From positions 13,116 through 77,115 of IMG/VR virus record IMGVR_UViG_3300001460_000016: 64,000 bases of DNA; one strand, written 5' to 3'. The notes under the pieces are model-generated. The model saw nothing but the letters and a program-made list of their open reading frames with translations, did not search any database and was not told where the DNA came from. A program made the position numbers and the translations under genes. The stretch is from a virus. Position 1 is the first letter of the stretch. Every line of letters begins with the position of its first letter. Of this stretch, positions 9,101 through 18,807 are shown piece after piece.

Positions 9101-9283
9101 TCACCACTCCTCTTCGAATTGAGAGTCCCATTTATCTTCAATATCATCTTCTGAAAGATTCTTAAGATCTTTAAGGGACTGTTTTTCGTTGTGTCGTTTA
9201 CTCTTTTTTTTATTCTTTTTGATAGACCGCGAACCTATATCACGGGTATCATCGTACTCTTCGTAATAGTATTGTTTTTTCAT
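9101..9283 (-). CDS. Small charged hypothetical protein
   Basis: Fills the gap after rnh; ATG 9283; Lys-rich then acidic. Confidence 0.6.
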   Translation of the reverse strand: MKKQYYYEEYDDTRDIGSRSIKKNKKKSKRHNEKQSLKDLKNLSEDDIEDKWDSQFEEEW

Positions 9284-9284
9284 C

Positions 9285-10121
9285 TCAGAATTCCTGTATA
9301 TCTCCCATGAGATTTTTGAGTTTGTGTTCGATAAAGTAATTAAATACTTTAGACTTAGAACCGACAATAGGACTATCCCACTCTTGCACTACCAGATTTA
9401 CAATATCGTCTGGAATTTTATCTAGGTTGATAAGTATATCATTCCTATTCCAATTGTCAGTGCAAGCAACGGGTTCAAGATTTTCCATTAAGGAATTAAT
9501 TTTCTTTTCGCCACATGGCTTTTGTCGTTTATCTTCACAGACAAATACATCGTCTTCAGATAAAACATTCGGAATACCATCACTGGCATCCCCCTTGATA
9601 ATGTGATAAATTAAAAACTTCTCAGGGTCATCACATTCGATCATGTTCTTTTGAACAGGTGAATACTGGTGAACATTCGGAAACTTCTGCAACTGTTTGA
9701 AGTCTTTGTCACCAGAAACAATCATGATAGGTTCCTTGTCGTGAAACTTTCGAGTCAGAACGGCGATGATATCATCAGCCTCTGTTCGAGGAATCCTCAT
9801 GTTCTTATATGGAAAAGTATCTCGAATTTCATTCCGAACCTTGGTCAATGTATCATATACTGAAGACCAATCAACGTCGGACTTATTCTGATTCTTCTTC
9901 CTGTTCGCCTTGTAAAGAGGAAAGTGATCCTTACGCCAACAGTTACTAGAATCTTCACAGATTACTAGTTCGCCGAACTTAGAGGAAAACTTATTCTTAA
10001 AATTTCGATAGGCATTGAGAGTCATGTGGCGAACAAGAGACTCATCAATTCCGTTTGTACTGCCCTTTGTCTGGGCAAAGATACTAGAAAGTATCACTTG
10101 ACTGTTATCAATTAAAATCAT
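9285..10121 (-). CDS. rnh: T4-type RNase H (5'-3' exonuclease, FEN family)
   Basis: MILIDNSQ, WRKDHFPLYKANR, EADDIIA, SGDKDFKQL, KGDASDGIPN. Confidence 0.95.
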   Translation of the reverse strand: MILIDNSQVILSSIFAQTKGSTNGIDESLVRHMTLNAYRNFKNKFSSKFGELVICEDSSNCWRKDHFPLYKANRKKNQNKSDVDWSSVYDTLTKVRNEIRDTFPYKNMRIPRTEADDIIAVLTRKFHDKEPIMIVSGDKDFKQLQKFPNVHQYSPVQKNMIECDDPEKFLIYHIIKGDASDGIPNVLSEDDVFVCEDKRQKPCGEKKINSLMENLEPVACTDNWNRNDILINLDKIPDDIVNLVVQEWDSPIVGSKSKVFNYFIEHKLKNLMGDIQEF

Positions 10122-11248
10122 TTGAACGCCTGTAGAATCACAACATTACTATTTAGTCGTGGACTTGGAACAGATTCCTTATTTTTAAGATTTTTATATG
10201 CGTTAGTGATTGATCTAATTCCACTGGAACTAGCAACCTTTACGATGGATTTATCCTTACCTACCCTCTTACAGACAGACTTTTCATTGTCTACACCCAC
10301 AATGGTTGTACCCTTAATAGAAAGTCCATCAACCATTCTAGTTTTTTCATAGATGGAGAACTGATCTGTTTTGGTGTTGTAAGTAATAACTTTGATTGCA
10401 CCGATAATCTGTTTTGGATCAACAGACTGTACCTTACCATCTTCGGTTTGAATCATATATTTAACATTTCTGACAAGACTGGCCTTAGTCTGTAACTTCT
10501 TACGACGAGGTTTACGAGTCTTCTTGAGAACCGTAGAATACTCTTCACAAGTGGTAACAATGTTCTTAACAAAGTCTCGATATTTCTTCAACTGTGGGCG
10601 AGAAAGAAAACTCCATCCTTCCATCAGTTGTTTATCTTCCTTATTGTAGACCATATTTAGTTCTTCAAGAAGTGATGTAAATTCAAGAGAAATCATTCCC
10701 GATTGAATCGACTTAACTTCATTATCCTTTAACCACTTTACAACATCCAACTGTGGTTTTTTCTTTGCAAGGATTTCATCCAGACTGGTATCAAGTATAA
10801 TATTAATATCACCAGAGTATTCGATCACCTGTTCCTTCATTCTGTCCTGAACAGAAATCTTAGGTTTCTCGACAACTTCGGTATTGACTTTCTTTGACCT
10901 AGAACCCAACGTGATCATTTCTCTAATATGAACCTTGGTCTTCTCTATGAGAATTTCTGGAAGAGGAACTTGGTTACTCAACATTCTACAGTTGTGACCA
11001 AACAGAAAAGTTCGATAATCAACACGGCTGACTTTACTGATGTCTTCCTTGTCATAATTATTTTCTTTCATCCACTCAAGGCACCAGTTCTTGTAATGCT
11101 TAAGATTGGACATAGCATTATACCAAGCATAAGATCGCAGGAGAAAGCTATCAATATCCAGATCCCCCAATTCATCCCAACTCGGTTCCTCACCATAGTG
11201 AATTTTTTCAATAGTGGCGCCACGTTTAATTTTTCTTTTAGTTTTCAT
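10118..11248 (-). CDS. Hypothetical protein of T4-like phages
   Basis: 376-aa ORF coupled to rnh; GLSIKGTTI and RLNSNVVIL resemble an uncharacterised family I recognise from marine T4-like phages. Confidence 0.75.
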   Translation of the reverse strand: MKTKRKIKRGATIEKIHYGEEPSWDELGDLDIDSFLLRSYAWYNAMSNLKHYKNWCLEWMKENNYDKEDISKVSRVDYRTFLFGHNCRMLSNQVPLPEILIEKTKVHIREMITLGSRSKKVNTEVVEKPKISVQDRMKEQVIEYSGDINIILDTSLDEILAKKKPQLDVVKWLKDNEVKSIQSGMISLEFTSLLEELNMVYNKEDKQLMEGWSFLSRPQLKKYRDFVKNIVTTCEEYSTVLKKTRKPRRKKLQTKASLVRNVKYMIQTEDGKVQSVDPKQIIGAIKVITYNTKTDQFSIYEKTRMVDGLSIKGTTIVGVDNEKSVCKRVGKDKSIVKVASSSGIRSITNAYKNLKNKESVPSPRLNSNVVILQAFK

Positions 11249-11249
11249 T

Positions 11250-12026
11250 TCAAATCCACTCGGAGTAAACTTCTTCTCGAATTCCTTCTTGTAGGGGGAA
11301 CTTATAAAATATCTTCTTCAATCGAATTTCATCTTTCAGAAGAGAGTTCTTTCTCTCGGATTGGGTTAAATCAGTAACTTTCATGTCATCAGTATACCTT
11401 ACTTCTTCGTGGATGGCAAGTGTGTAATGAGAATCATTTTTCCAAGAGATGAATTCCTCGTAAGGAAAGTTTATTCTCTCACCAATTTCCTTCCATGGCA
11501 AGTCCATAACATCAGAAAATTTATAAAATCTTATTTCTCTGTATTCTAATTTATCTTTTGGTTTATGTTTAACGTAACCCTCAACGGCAATAACTTTGGC
11601 ATTTTCGGAGGTGTGCAATTTCTGCCAACAGAATTCTATACCCCGTTGAGACTTCTCACTAATAAAAGATCTGGCTTTAGATGTGTTCAACTGAACAACA
11701 GTTCTAGCCTGATTGTCTTCTGCACAGAGAAGATAATCAAACCCATCTTCGTGATTCTCCACGAAGAGATAGGGAAAGTCAGGAGCATTTCGATGGACGT
11801 TGAATATCATCTTACCATCTTGGTAAACAGTACCAATGGTATAAATGTATTTCGTTTTCTTATTTCTAAATCTAAATTCTACTGGAGTCACTACCACAGT
11901 ATATTTACCCGAAGGTGATTTATACTTTTTAACCCTATTGGATAAAGGTTTGGCAATTTTAAAATGATCCATAATTTTTTTCCGGTGCTGAGAATACCAA
12001 TCTTCCCGAACATTGTTTATGGTCAT
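11250..12026 (-). CDS. Hypothetical protein
   Basis: 258-aa ORF with AGAGGA RBS, tightly packed with its neighbours. Confidence 0.75.
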   Translation of the reverse strand: MTINNVREDWYSQHRKKIMDHFKIAKPLSNRVKKYKSPSGKYTVVVTPVEFRFRNKKTKYIYTIGTVYQDGKMIFNVHRNAPDFPYLFVENHEDGFDYLLCAEDNQARTVVQLNTSKARSFISEKSQRGIEFCWQKLHTSENAKVIAVEGYVKHKPKDKLEYREIRFYKFSDVMDLPWKEIGERINFPYEEFISWKNDSHYTLAIHEEVRYTDDMKVTDLTQSERKNSLLKDEIRLKKIFYKFPLQEGIREEVYSEWI

Positions 12027-12038
12027 CGGATTCCTCTT

Positions 12039-13760
12039 TTAAGTTCGAATGATTCGACTGAAATTGTTCTTCTTCTCAAAGGTGATCGTATGTTCAAACT
12101 TGTCTGACAGTTGATCTGTTCTATGAGAAATGATGAATACATTTACTTTCTTACCCAGATTATATAGCAGTTTCATAAACTCATCTGTACCCATACTGTC
12201 CAAAGATGAATCAAAAACTTCATCTAAAATAAGGAGATTAGTATTTGCACTATTTTTTAGTCGTGCAACTTCTCTCCAAGATAGAAGCAAAGCTAAATCG
12301 ATTCTCATCTTTTCACCTTCACTAAAACTCATGTAACTGAATTCGTCGCGGTGTCTAGACTTAATTGTTTCGTTGAAGTTTTCATCCAAATGAAATTGTG
12401 CAAAGAAGTCCATCGATCCAAGATACTTATTAATCAACCTATTCATGATAGGCAAATAATACTTAATGATCTTTGACTTAATTCCACTGTCTTTTAACAA
12501 CCCAGATACAATCCCGTAGTCGTGCATCTGAGATGTGTTAGACTCCTTCACCGAATCTAAATCAGCAAGTTCCTTTACTAATTCTTTGAGTCTTTCGTTC
12601 TCTTGCGTGTCGTCTGTATCCTTGGACTTTATACTGTTAATTCTTTTGTTTGCAGTTTCAATACGATCCTTCTTGATAGAAAGTTCTGTATTTAACTCGG
12701 AAAATTGTTTTTCCTTTTCTGCAATGTCAGATAATATTAAAGTAATACAATTGAGTTCGTCAGTTAGAGTTTCTAGTTTCAAATTAATTTGCGATAATCC
12801 TTCGTTATATTCGACTATCTTTTTCTTTTTATTATCAATCATTTCATGACGATGGTCGTCTTGGATATTCTGATGACATGTTGGGCAATTTGTATTGTCC
12901 ACATAAAACTCTATATTACTTTCCGTCGTCTTGATATTTTTATCAATGTTATCTTTTAGTTTATTGATCTTATTCAAAGAGGAAGACAACGAATCTTGAT
13001 TGGTTATTTGTTCTTTCAATTCATTAATTTGTGACTGAATTGAACTCATAGAAGTAGTTACTTCTTGAGCTTCACCAATTATCGTCTTGATGTCTTCTTG
13101 AATTTCATTAATCGACTCTTGACTCTTATCCTGTAATTTTTTGATATGCTTGTTCTGTATGTCGATTTTTTCTTTCGCAATACTAATTTCATATCCCAAT
13201 TCTCTTTCTTCTTCTTTTAATGTTAGTACTCTCGTCTTTAGGATTCCATTCATGAGAGAGAATACATTAATATCAAGAATGTCTTCAATGACACTTCTTC
13301 TGTCAGCGGCCGTCAACTGCATGAAAGGTACAAAAGAAGAACTACCAAGAATCACCACCTGAGTAAATGACTTATAGTTCATCTTGAGAATCTGTTCTTC
13401 AAGCATTCGCTGATAATCTTTTGACGTTGCAGACTGATCAATTAACTTACCATCTTTAAATATCTCAAAGATTTTTGGCTTTAGTCCTCGTTTAATTTTA
13501 TATTCGTCGTTACCAATGCTAAATTCAACTTCGGTCATACAATCTTTTTGGTTGACACTGTTAGTTAGTTGAGGAATATTAATCTTTCTGAATGGTTTAC
13601 CAAACAAAGCAAACGTAATAGAATCCAATAACGCAAATGACTTTCCGTGTCCGTTATTTCCAGACACCAAAACAAAGTTATGTTTGTTCAAATCAATTTC
13701 AGTATCAGTATTACCGAAAGACCCGAAGTTTCGGAACCTAACGGTTTTAAAATTTATCAT
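12039..13760 (-). CDS. 46: Recombination endonuclease ATPase subunit gp46 (Rad50/SbcC-like)
   Basis: GNNGHGKS Walker A, CPTC zinc hook, FSEGEK signature, LILDEVFDSSLD. Confidence 0.97.
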   Translation of the reverse strand: MINFKTVRFRNFGSFGNTDTEIDLNKHNFVLVSGNNGHGKSFALLDSITFALFGKPFRKINIPQLTNSVNQKDCMTEVEFSIGNDEYKIKRGLKPKIFEIFKDGKLIDQSATSKDYQRMLEEQILKMNYKSFTQVVILGSSSFVPFMQLTAADRRSVIEDILDINVFSLMNGILKTRVLTLKEEERELGYEISIAKEKIDIQNKHIKKLQDKSQESINEIQEDIKTIIGEAQEVTTSMSSIQSQINELKEQITNQDSLSSSLNKINKLKDNIDKNIKTTESNIEFYVDNTNCPTCHQNIQDDHRHEMIDNKKKKIVEYNEGLSQINLKLETLTDELNCITLILSDIAEKEKQFSELNTELSIKKDRIETANKRINSIKSKDTDDTQENERLKELVKELADLDSVKESNTSQMHDYGIVSGLLKDSGIKSKIIKYYLPIMNRLINKYLGSMDFFAQFHLDENFNETIKSRHRDEFSYMSFSEGEKMRIDLALLLSWREVARLKNSANTNLLILDEVFDSSLDSMGTDEFMKLLYNLGKKVNVFIISHRTDQLSDKFEHTITFEKKNNFSRIIRT

Positions 13761-14323
13761 ACTGGAATCTCCTCCACGATCGACCACCAATCTGGTACAA
13801 GTCGATTAGTCCATTTAGCAAATCCATTTTTTTCACCCATGTAATACTTACGATAAGCTTGAGGTGCATCTCCATTCACTTTGTACTCATCAGGCATCGC
13901 CTGTGCAAACTCGGTGATATGAAACCCATAAAGAGTCTTAGGATAATTACGAATAAACCAATTAATCAAACCTTCGGTTTTATGTTCTCGTCCATATCGG
14001 TGTGTATATTCTCGGCACAAATGCAGTGCATGAGAAGACAACCAACAGTAATTACCAAGAGATTTTCTAGTCCAAATTGTACACGGGTGATTAAGCATAA
14101 CCGACTTAAATAATTTCATTTCAGAGTTAGCTAGATCAGTTTCATGACTCCATCGCTTGATGCGACGACCATTCTTACTGTAAGAAATATACTCATGACC
14201 ATCCATGTAACGATGTACAGTCGAAAGCATTTGAGCTGACTCGACAATCATTTTCACAACGTGCTTATCACACATCATTTCTGCTGAGATTTTAGGATCT
14301 TTGTCCAATACAAAGATATTCAT
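13757..14323 (-). CDS. Pyrimidine-dimer DNA glycosylase / endonuclease V-like protein
   Basis: MNIFVLD...CDKHVVKMIVESAQMLST...NHPCTIW...EYTHRYG...FAQAMPD...AYRKYY. Confidence 0.8.
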   Translation of the reverse strand: MNIFVLDKDPKISAEMMCDKHVVKMIVESAQMLSTVHRYMDGHEYISYSKNGRRIKRWSHETDLANSEMKLFKSVMLNHPCTIWTRKSLGNYCWLSSHALHLCREYTHRYGREHKTEGLINWFIRNYPKTLYGFHITEFAQAMPDEYKVNGDAPQAYRKYYMGEKNGFAKWTNRLVPDWWSIVEEIPV

Positions 14324-15372
14324 AACGAAAGACTTTCCATATAGAGTTCACGCATTAAAGTTTTAATTCTTGACCTTTGATCATTTGGAACATTAGTCAT
14401 TGTATCTACTTCATCATTTATAATTGAAACGGTGTCCTTGGATATGTCCAAGGAATCTTCTTCGGTGTGATCTACACCCATATCCTCAATGACTGTTAGA
14501 TTTGCAACCTTCACATCATACAGTTTGTCCAAGAACTTGTCAAACATATACGGATTATTTTTCTCAAAAACATACACCTTGACATATGAGTTTTCATACT
14601 TAGAATAATCGCGTTCCAACATATCCCCGTCTTCTTCGTATGTAATGGCGTGGAAGACGTTCACGGGGTTCTCAACGAACCTCAGATCTCTTGTCTCAGT
14701 GTCCAGTACATGGAAACCTTTCTTGACGTTTAGATCGTTAAAGGTTAACTGATACTGGGTTCCAAGATAATGTACATTGTTCTTACTATGTTTAATATGA
14801 AAGTGTCCAGAGAGAACCATTTCACATCGACTGAACAATTTATCATCCATACCACCATCATACTGCACTCCACGCAGAACCTCATACCCATCAAGTTCAA
14901 AATGACCAGCCATAATTGGACAGGTCGAGTTCTTGATGAAGTCAATACACTGATCTGTGTTGTTCTTGTTTATCCACGGAACCATTCCAATACAAAGTCC
15001 ACCGAACTCCAGTTCGACTGGATCTTCATACAAATGAAAGTTATCAGTATCAGAAAACAACTCACGAATTGAATTGATTCTGTTTGTGTTTCGATAGTAT
15101 GTGTCGTGGTTTCCGAGAATACAGTGTACTTGTATTCCGTACTCGTTAATCTTGTCGATAAATCGAGTGCGTACCTGCGAAAGAGTGTTAAAGTTCACAA
15201 ACTTTCTACGATCAAGGAAGTCTCCAAGATGCAGAACCGTTGTGATGTTGTTCTCTTTACAGTACGGAAAAAACTGTTCTTCAAAAAACTTGAATGACTG
15301 ATCCAAAAACAACTGTGAATCATTTCTTGCACCAAAGTGCGTATCATTTATTATAGCAAGCTTCAATTTCAA
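14320..15372 (-). CDS. 47: Recombination endonuclease subunit gp47 (Mre11/SbcD-like)
   Basis: DTHFG, HLGDFLDRRK, GNHD, GHFE, SGHFH phosphoesterase motifs. Confidence 0.97.
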   Translation of the reverse strand: MKLKLAIINDTHFGARNDSQLFLDQSFKFFEEQFFPYCKENNITTVLHLGDFLDRRKFVNFNTLSQVRTRFIDKINEYGIQVHCILGNHDTYYRNTNRINSIRELFSDTDNFHLYEDPVELEFGGLCIGMVPWINKNNTDQCIDFIKNSTCPIMAGHFELDGYEVLRGVQYDGGMDDKLFSRCEMVLSGHFHIKHSKNNVHYLGTQYQLTFNDLNVKKGFHVLDTETRDLRFVENPVNVFHAITYEEDGDMLERDYSKYENSYVKVYVFEKNNPYMFDKFLDKLYDVKVANLTVIEDMGVDHTEEDSLDISKDTVSIINDEVDTMTNVPNDQRSRIKTLMRELYMESLSL

Positions 15373-15941
15373 TCCTCAAAAAGTTTTCCTAATGTTCCAC
15401 CGTCGGTGGTATCTTCAGTTTTCTTTTTCTTCTTTTTTGGTTTGTATTTGTTTAAATCGTTATCTGAGAGTTTAAAATATTCAGCATAAGGATTCTTTGA
15501 ACTAGGATCCACTAATTCGTTATCGTTGGCCCACTTAGTGAATTTGTTCTCATGGTCTAACTTTTCCATCATCATATACTTAACGTATATTTGTTTCTTT
15601 TCTTTTTCTATTCTTCGTATAAAGGCATAGTATATCATTTGCGTGAAATACGAGAATGGATTCTTAGATTTTTCTGGGTTGAAGTTGTGAGCATACATCA
15701 AACAGTTTTCGATTGCATCTCCAATCATCTCATCCCTGAACGGGTAATTCATAAAATTTGGTTTATATGAAAGACGTTCAGAAATTTTCATGAAACACTC
15801 GCCCATGTAATGAGTTGCGGGAGGTTTCGGATCACCCAGTTCTTCTGCTTGGTTTATATCGTTTTTCCACTTTACCATCTCTTGAAAGAAAGCTTCATTA
15901 TCTATGTAATGATCTCCCTTTGTTGTTTTTCTTTTAGCCAT
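15369..15941 (-). CDS. 55: Late-transcription sigma factor gp55
   Basis: HYIDN..F, YKPNFMNY, EMIGDAIENC, NFNPEKSKNPFSYFTQ..YYAFIRRIEKEKKQ. Confidence 0.97.
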   Translation of the reverse strand: MAKRKTTKGDHYIDNEAFFQEMVKWKNDINQAEELGDPKPPATHYMGECFMKISERLSYKPNFMNYPFRDEMIGDAIENCLMYAHNFNPEKSKNPFSYFTQMIYYAFIRRIEKEKKQIYVKYMMMEKLDHENKFTKWANDNELVDPSSKNPYAEYFKLSDNDLNKYKPKKKKKKTEDTTDGGTLGKLFED

Positions 15942-15968
15942 AATGTTGTTCCCTTGAATTCATATGTA

Positions 15969-15997
15969 ATTATACATCATAAAACGAGTATTGTCAA
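15969..15997 (-). promoter_or_regulatory. Sigma70-type early promoter for gp55-47-46
   Basis: Perfect TTGACA-17 nt-TATAAT with an extended TG. Confidence 0.9.
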
Positions 15998-16026
15998 CCT
16001 TATAAGATATTTTTTAGATTTTCTAC

Positions 16027-16054
16027 TTGACAGATTTTTAATCCGGGTTACACT
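16027..16054 (+). promoter_or_regulatory. Possible divergent sigma70-type promoter
   Basis: TTGACA-16 nt-TACACT; no plus-strand gene downstream. Confidence 0.4.
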
Positions 16055-16097
16055 ATGTGTGCTAAGAAAGAAAGGGGTAGCTAGGCCTATAGAGGAC

Positions 16098-16727
16098 TCA
16101 GTTAGTGTAGTCGTCAGCATCCCCTGACCAGTCCGACCAATCGTTACCCCAATCGGGTTCTTCTTTAGAACGGTCGGTTTTTTCTTCTTCATCAAAATCA
16201 AAATCGTCAAGTGGAATTTCATCTTCGAGACCCATCTCATCGAAGAATCCTTCTTGCATCATTTTTTCGAACATTTTCTTAGACATAGCGAAGTTCATCA
16301 TGATCATTTCCTCCTCAGACGTAGGAGGTTTTGTTTTATCTTTTGTACTGTCAGCACTCATATCAATACCCAATTGTTTATAGAGGTCTTCTAAAATACT
16401 ATTTGGATCTATTGGATCTATACCAAGAGATGCAATCTCATCCTCTTTTAACTTTTTTGATTCGTATTGATCTATAATTTTTTGATTTGGTTCTATGGTA
16501 GTGACTACAAAATCAGATGGAATATCACAGGTAATTTCTTCACTGTTGTTCATCCAGTCCCTAAGTATCCACATTTCTTTTTTAATCTCACCAGTAATGG
16601 GGTCGTGCATTGTTGTCAATTTCATTTGCATAGGTCGATCTAGGACAATCTTTTTTGCACCAACTTGATTTACAATACTGATTAATTCTTCACCTGAACG
16701 AAGTTTTAGTATTTTGTATTCAACCAT
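16098..16727 (-). CDS. Hypothetical protein (Sm-like N-terminus, acidic tail), between uvsW and gp55
   Basis: YKILKLRSGEELI...P; GGAGGAG RBS; syntenic position in T4-like phages. Confidence 0.8.
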   Translation of the reverse strand: MVEYKILKLRSGEELISIVNQVGAKKIVLDRPMQMKLTTMHDPITGEIKKEMWILRDWMNNSEEITCDIPSDFVVTTIEPNQKIIDQYESKKLKEDEIASLGIDPIDPNSILEDLYKQLGIDMSADSTKDKTKPPTSEEEMIMMNFAMSKKMFEKMMQEGFFDEMGLEDEIPLDDFDFDEEEKTDRSKEEPDWGNDWSDWSGDADDYTN

Positions 16728-16739
16728 TGGATTCTCCTC

Positions 16740-18224
16740 CTATAGTTTTATCTTAATCGTCTTAAAAATAAATTCTTCTATCTTATATAGTTTGATTCGC
16801 TCGAAGAAATGACGAAGAGTATGATTCATTTTCTTTTTCCACTGAAGATTATCTCCGATATCAAATAGTTTGGCAATTGACTTACTCTCATGCTTTCGTA
16901 ATTGTCTTCCGATAGATTGAAGAATTCGAATCCGAGACTTGGACGGAGATGCGAAAATAATGTTATGAAGGTTCTTAATATTGATACCAGTTGAGAATGT
17001 TCCATAAGAAGCCACGATGACCGCATCCTTTTGTTTCTCGGCGAGGCCACGGACACGTTCACGGTCGTCTGTCTGGACGCCACCATGAATCAGAAACACT
17101 TTCTTATGTTGGTTCTCTAATTTAATTTTCTCATACAGTTGTTTTCCGTGATTCTCCACAAACTGAAAAAGTACTAATGTGTTACCTTTTGTCTTTCCAG
17201 CCAAAGTAGAAATAAATTTGTTTCTCTTGTTATTTGTAATGATCCATTTCATTTCTTCTGGATATTTTAAAGTCTTGACTAACTTCTTGTCTTCGTCACT
17301 ATAGTCAAGGAGGATGCAATCAATTTCTAATTTAGATAGAATGTCCTTCTCCATTAGTTCTTTCGTGGTAGTAACATCCTTCACTGGACCAAACAGTCCT
17401 TCAATAACTAACTTATGAGTAAGAGCCCCATCGAGTGTACCTGTAGTTCCAATTCTATATTTGGCGTTCTTTAGTTTCGACATGATAGAAGTCAACGACT
17501 TGGCTTTGAACAAGTGACATTCATCACCAAAGGCAATTTCAAAGTCTTCGAAGTATTTTGCCGGTAATTTGTACAAACTCTGCCATGTGGAAATAACGAT
17601 CTTTTTATCGGTGTTTTTATCTTGTCCTGCATAAATCTTATGACAGTTCTCTTCTACATTCCACCCGTTCATCTTGGAGTAATCCTCGAAGTCTGAATAC
17701 ATTTGAGAAACCAAACCAGTAGTAGGTACGATGATCAAAGTCTTCTTGTTCGTTTTTTCTATTAGATGACGAAGAAGACCGTAGATGATCAGACTCTTTC
17801 CTGATCCAGTAGGAGATAACAACAAACATCTTTCATGTTTAATTGCATGAGAAATGGCTCGTATCTGATGATCATGTGGTATGATTAGTTTACCACCCGC
17901 AGATATTTTTAAGGTATCTGTTAGGTATCGTTTGACTAAATCATCACTGACTTTATTATGTGGTGTATCAAAAGTTACCTGATAAGTGTAACCTCTTTCT
18001 TTGGCGAAAGTAGTTACATAGTCGAGTAACCCAGAGTGAATCTCTTGGGAGAACATGTTGTAGAGTTTTATAGTACCATCCCATACCTTATTGCGGTAGG
18101 CAGGCATAAATTTATGGCCGGGTACTTTGAAAGTAAAGAAGTCAGAGAGTTCTTTGGCGAAACTTCGTTCACAACGAACTCTAATGTTTACTTCATCAAT
18201 CTTTTCAATAACTAAGTCACTCAT
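16740..18224 (-). CDS. uvsW: SF2 helicase UvsW
   Basis: SPTGSGKS, DECH, TGT, FSTGINIKNLH, QSIGR.LR. Confidence 0.97.
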   Translation of the reverse strand: MSDLVIEKIDEVNIRVRCERSFAKELSDFFTFKVPGHKFMPAYRNKVWDGTIKLYNMFSQEIHSGLLDYVTTFAKERGYTYQVTFDTPHNKVSDDLVKRYLTDTLKISAGGKLIIPHDHQIRAISHAIKHERCLLLSPTGSGKSLIIYGLLRHLIEKTNKKTLIIVPTTGLVSQMYSDFEDYSKMNGWNVEENCHKIYAGQDKNTDKKIVISTWQSLYKLPAKYFEDFEIAFGDECHLFKAKSLTSIMSKLKNAKYRIGTTGTLDGALTHKLVIEGLFGPVKDVTTTKELMEKDILSKLEIDCILLDYSDEDKKLVKTLKYPEEMKWIITNNKRNKFISTLAGKTKGNTLVLFQFVENHGKQLYEKIKLENQHKKVFLIHGGVQTDDRERVRGLAEKQKDAVIVASYGTFSTGINIKNLHNIIFASPSKSRIRILQSIGRQLRKHESKSIAKLFDIGDNLQWKKKMNHTLRHFFERIKLYKIEEFIFKTIKIKL

Positions 18225-18228
18225 TCTC

Positions 18229-18236
18229 TATTTAGG
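18229..18236 (-). promoter_or_regulatory. Late promoter (CCTAAATA) of uvsW
   Basis: Motif 4 nt upstream of the uvsW ATG; uvsW is a late gene in T4. Confidence 0.65.
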
Positions 18237-18337
18237 AGAGAGGTGAAACCATGCCATTATAAGTAAGTAAAAAATTGATGAAATGTAAAACAGTATCATC
18301 ATTAATTCTGAAGCAATAAAGTCTAGTATCTTTTCTA

Positions 18338-18772
18338 TTAAGAACCTGATACAAACTTTCTCCACTCGATTGCGTTGCGAATTTCCCAATTTCTCTGACT
18401 GATTTCTTTAATTATAGATTCAAGATAGAATACTTTTTCTTCTTGATATGTTATCTTCTGTTTCATCAGAATCATATCGTTATCAGAATCAAGGTACATG
18501 TCGATATCTGACTTCAGAATCTTAAGATTAAAAGGTTCCCACCCCTTTTCTTCAAGATCCTCTTCGGATATCTTACCTGTATAGTATTCCCACTTTGATC
18601 TTCGTAGGGAAGCAAAGTCAAAACCCATCTTCTTTAGATTGAATCGTTCTTCTTGGAGAAAGTTGAGATACTTATTATGGAGTTGTGGAATCTTAAGAGA
18701 CTCCAGATCCAACTGAGTATCATCGACTTTCATATCTCGTTCGGTATGTCGTTTTAAATCTTCAAAGTTCAT
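18338..18772 (-). CDS. uvsY: Recombination mediator UvsY
   Basis: LDLESLKIPQLHNKYL...WEYYTGK...YLDSD...RNWEIRNAIEWRKF; start reassigned to 18772. Confidence 0.93.
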   Translation of the reverse strand: MNFEDLKRHTERDMKVDDTQLDLESLKIPQLHNKYLNFLQEERFNLKKMGFDFASLRRSKWEYYTGKISEEDLEEKGWEPFNLKILKSDIDMYLDSDNDMILMKQKITYQEEKVFYLESIIKEISQRNWEIRNAIEWRKFVSGS

Positions 18773-18778
18773 ACTGTA

Positions 18779-18807
18779 ATTATACACCACATAGGCAAGT
18801 AAGTCAA
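18779..18807 (-). promoter_or_regulatory. Sigma70-type promoter of uvsY
   Basis: TTGACT-17 nt-TATAAT with TG extension. Confidence 0.85.
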
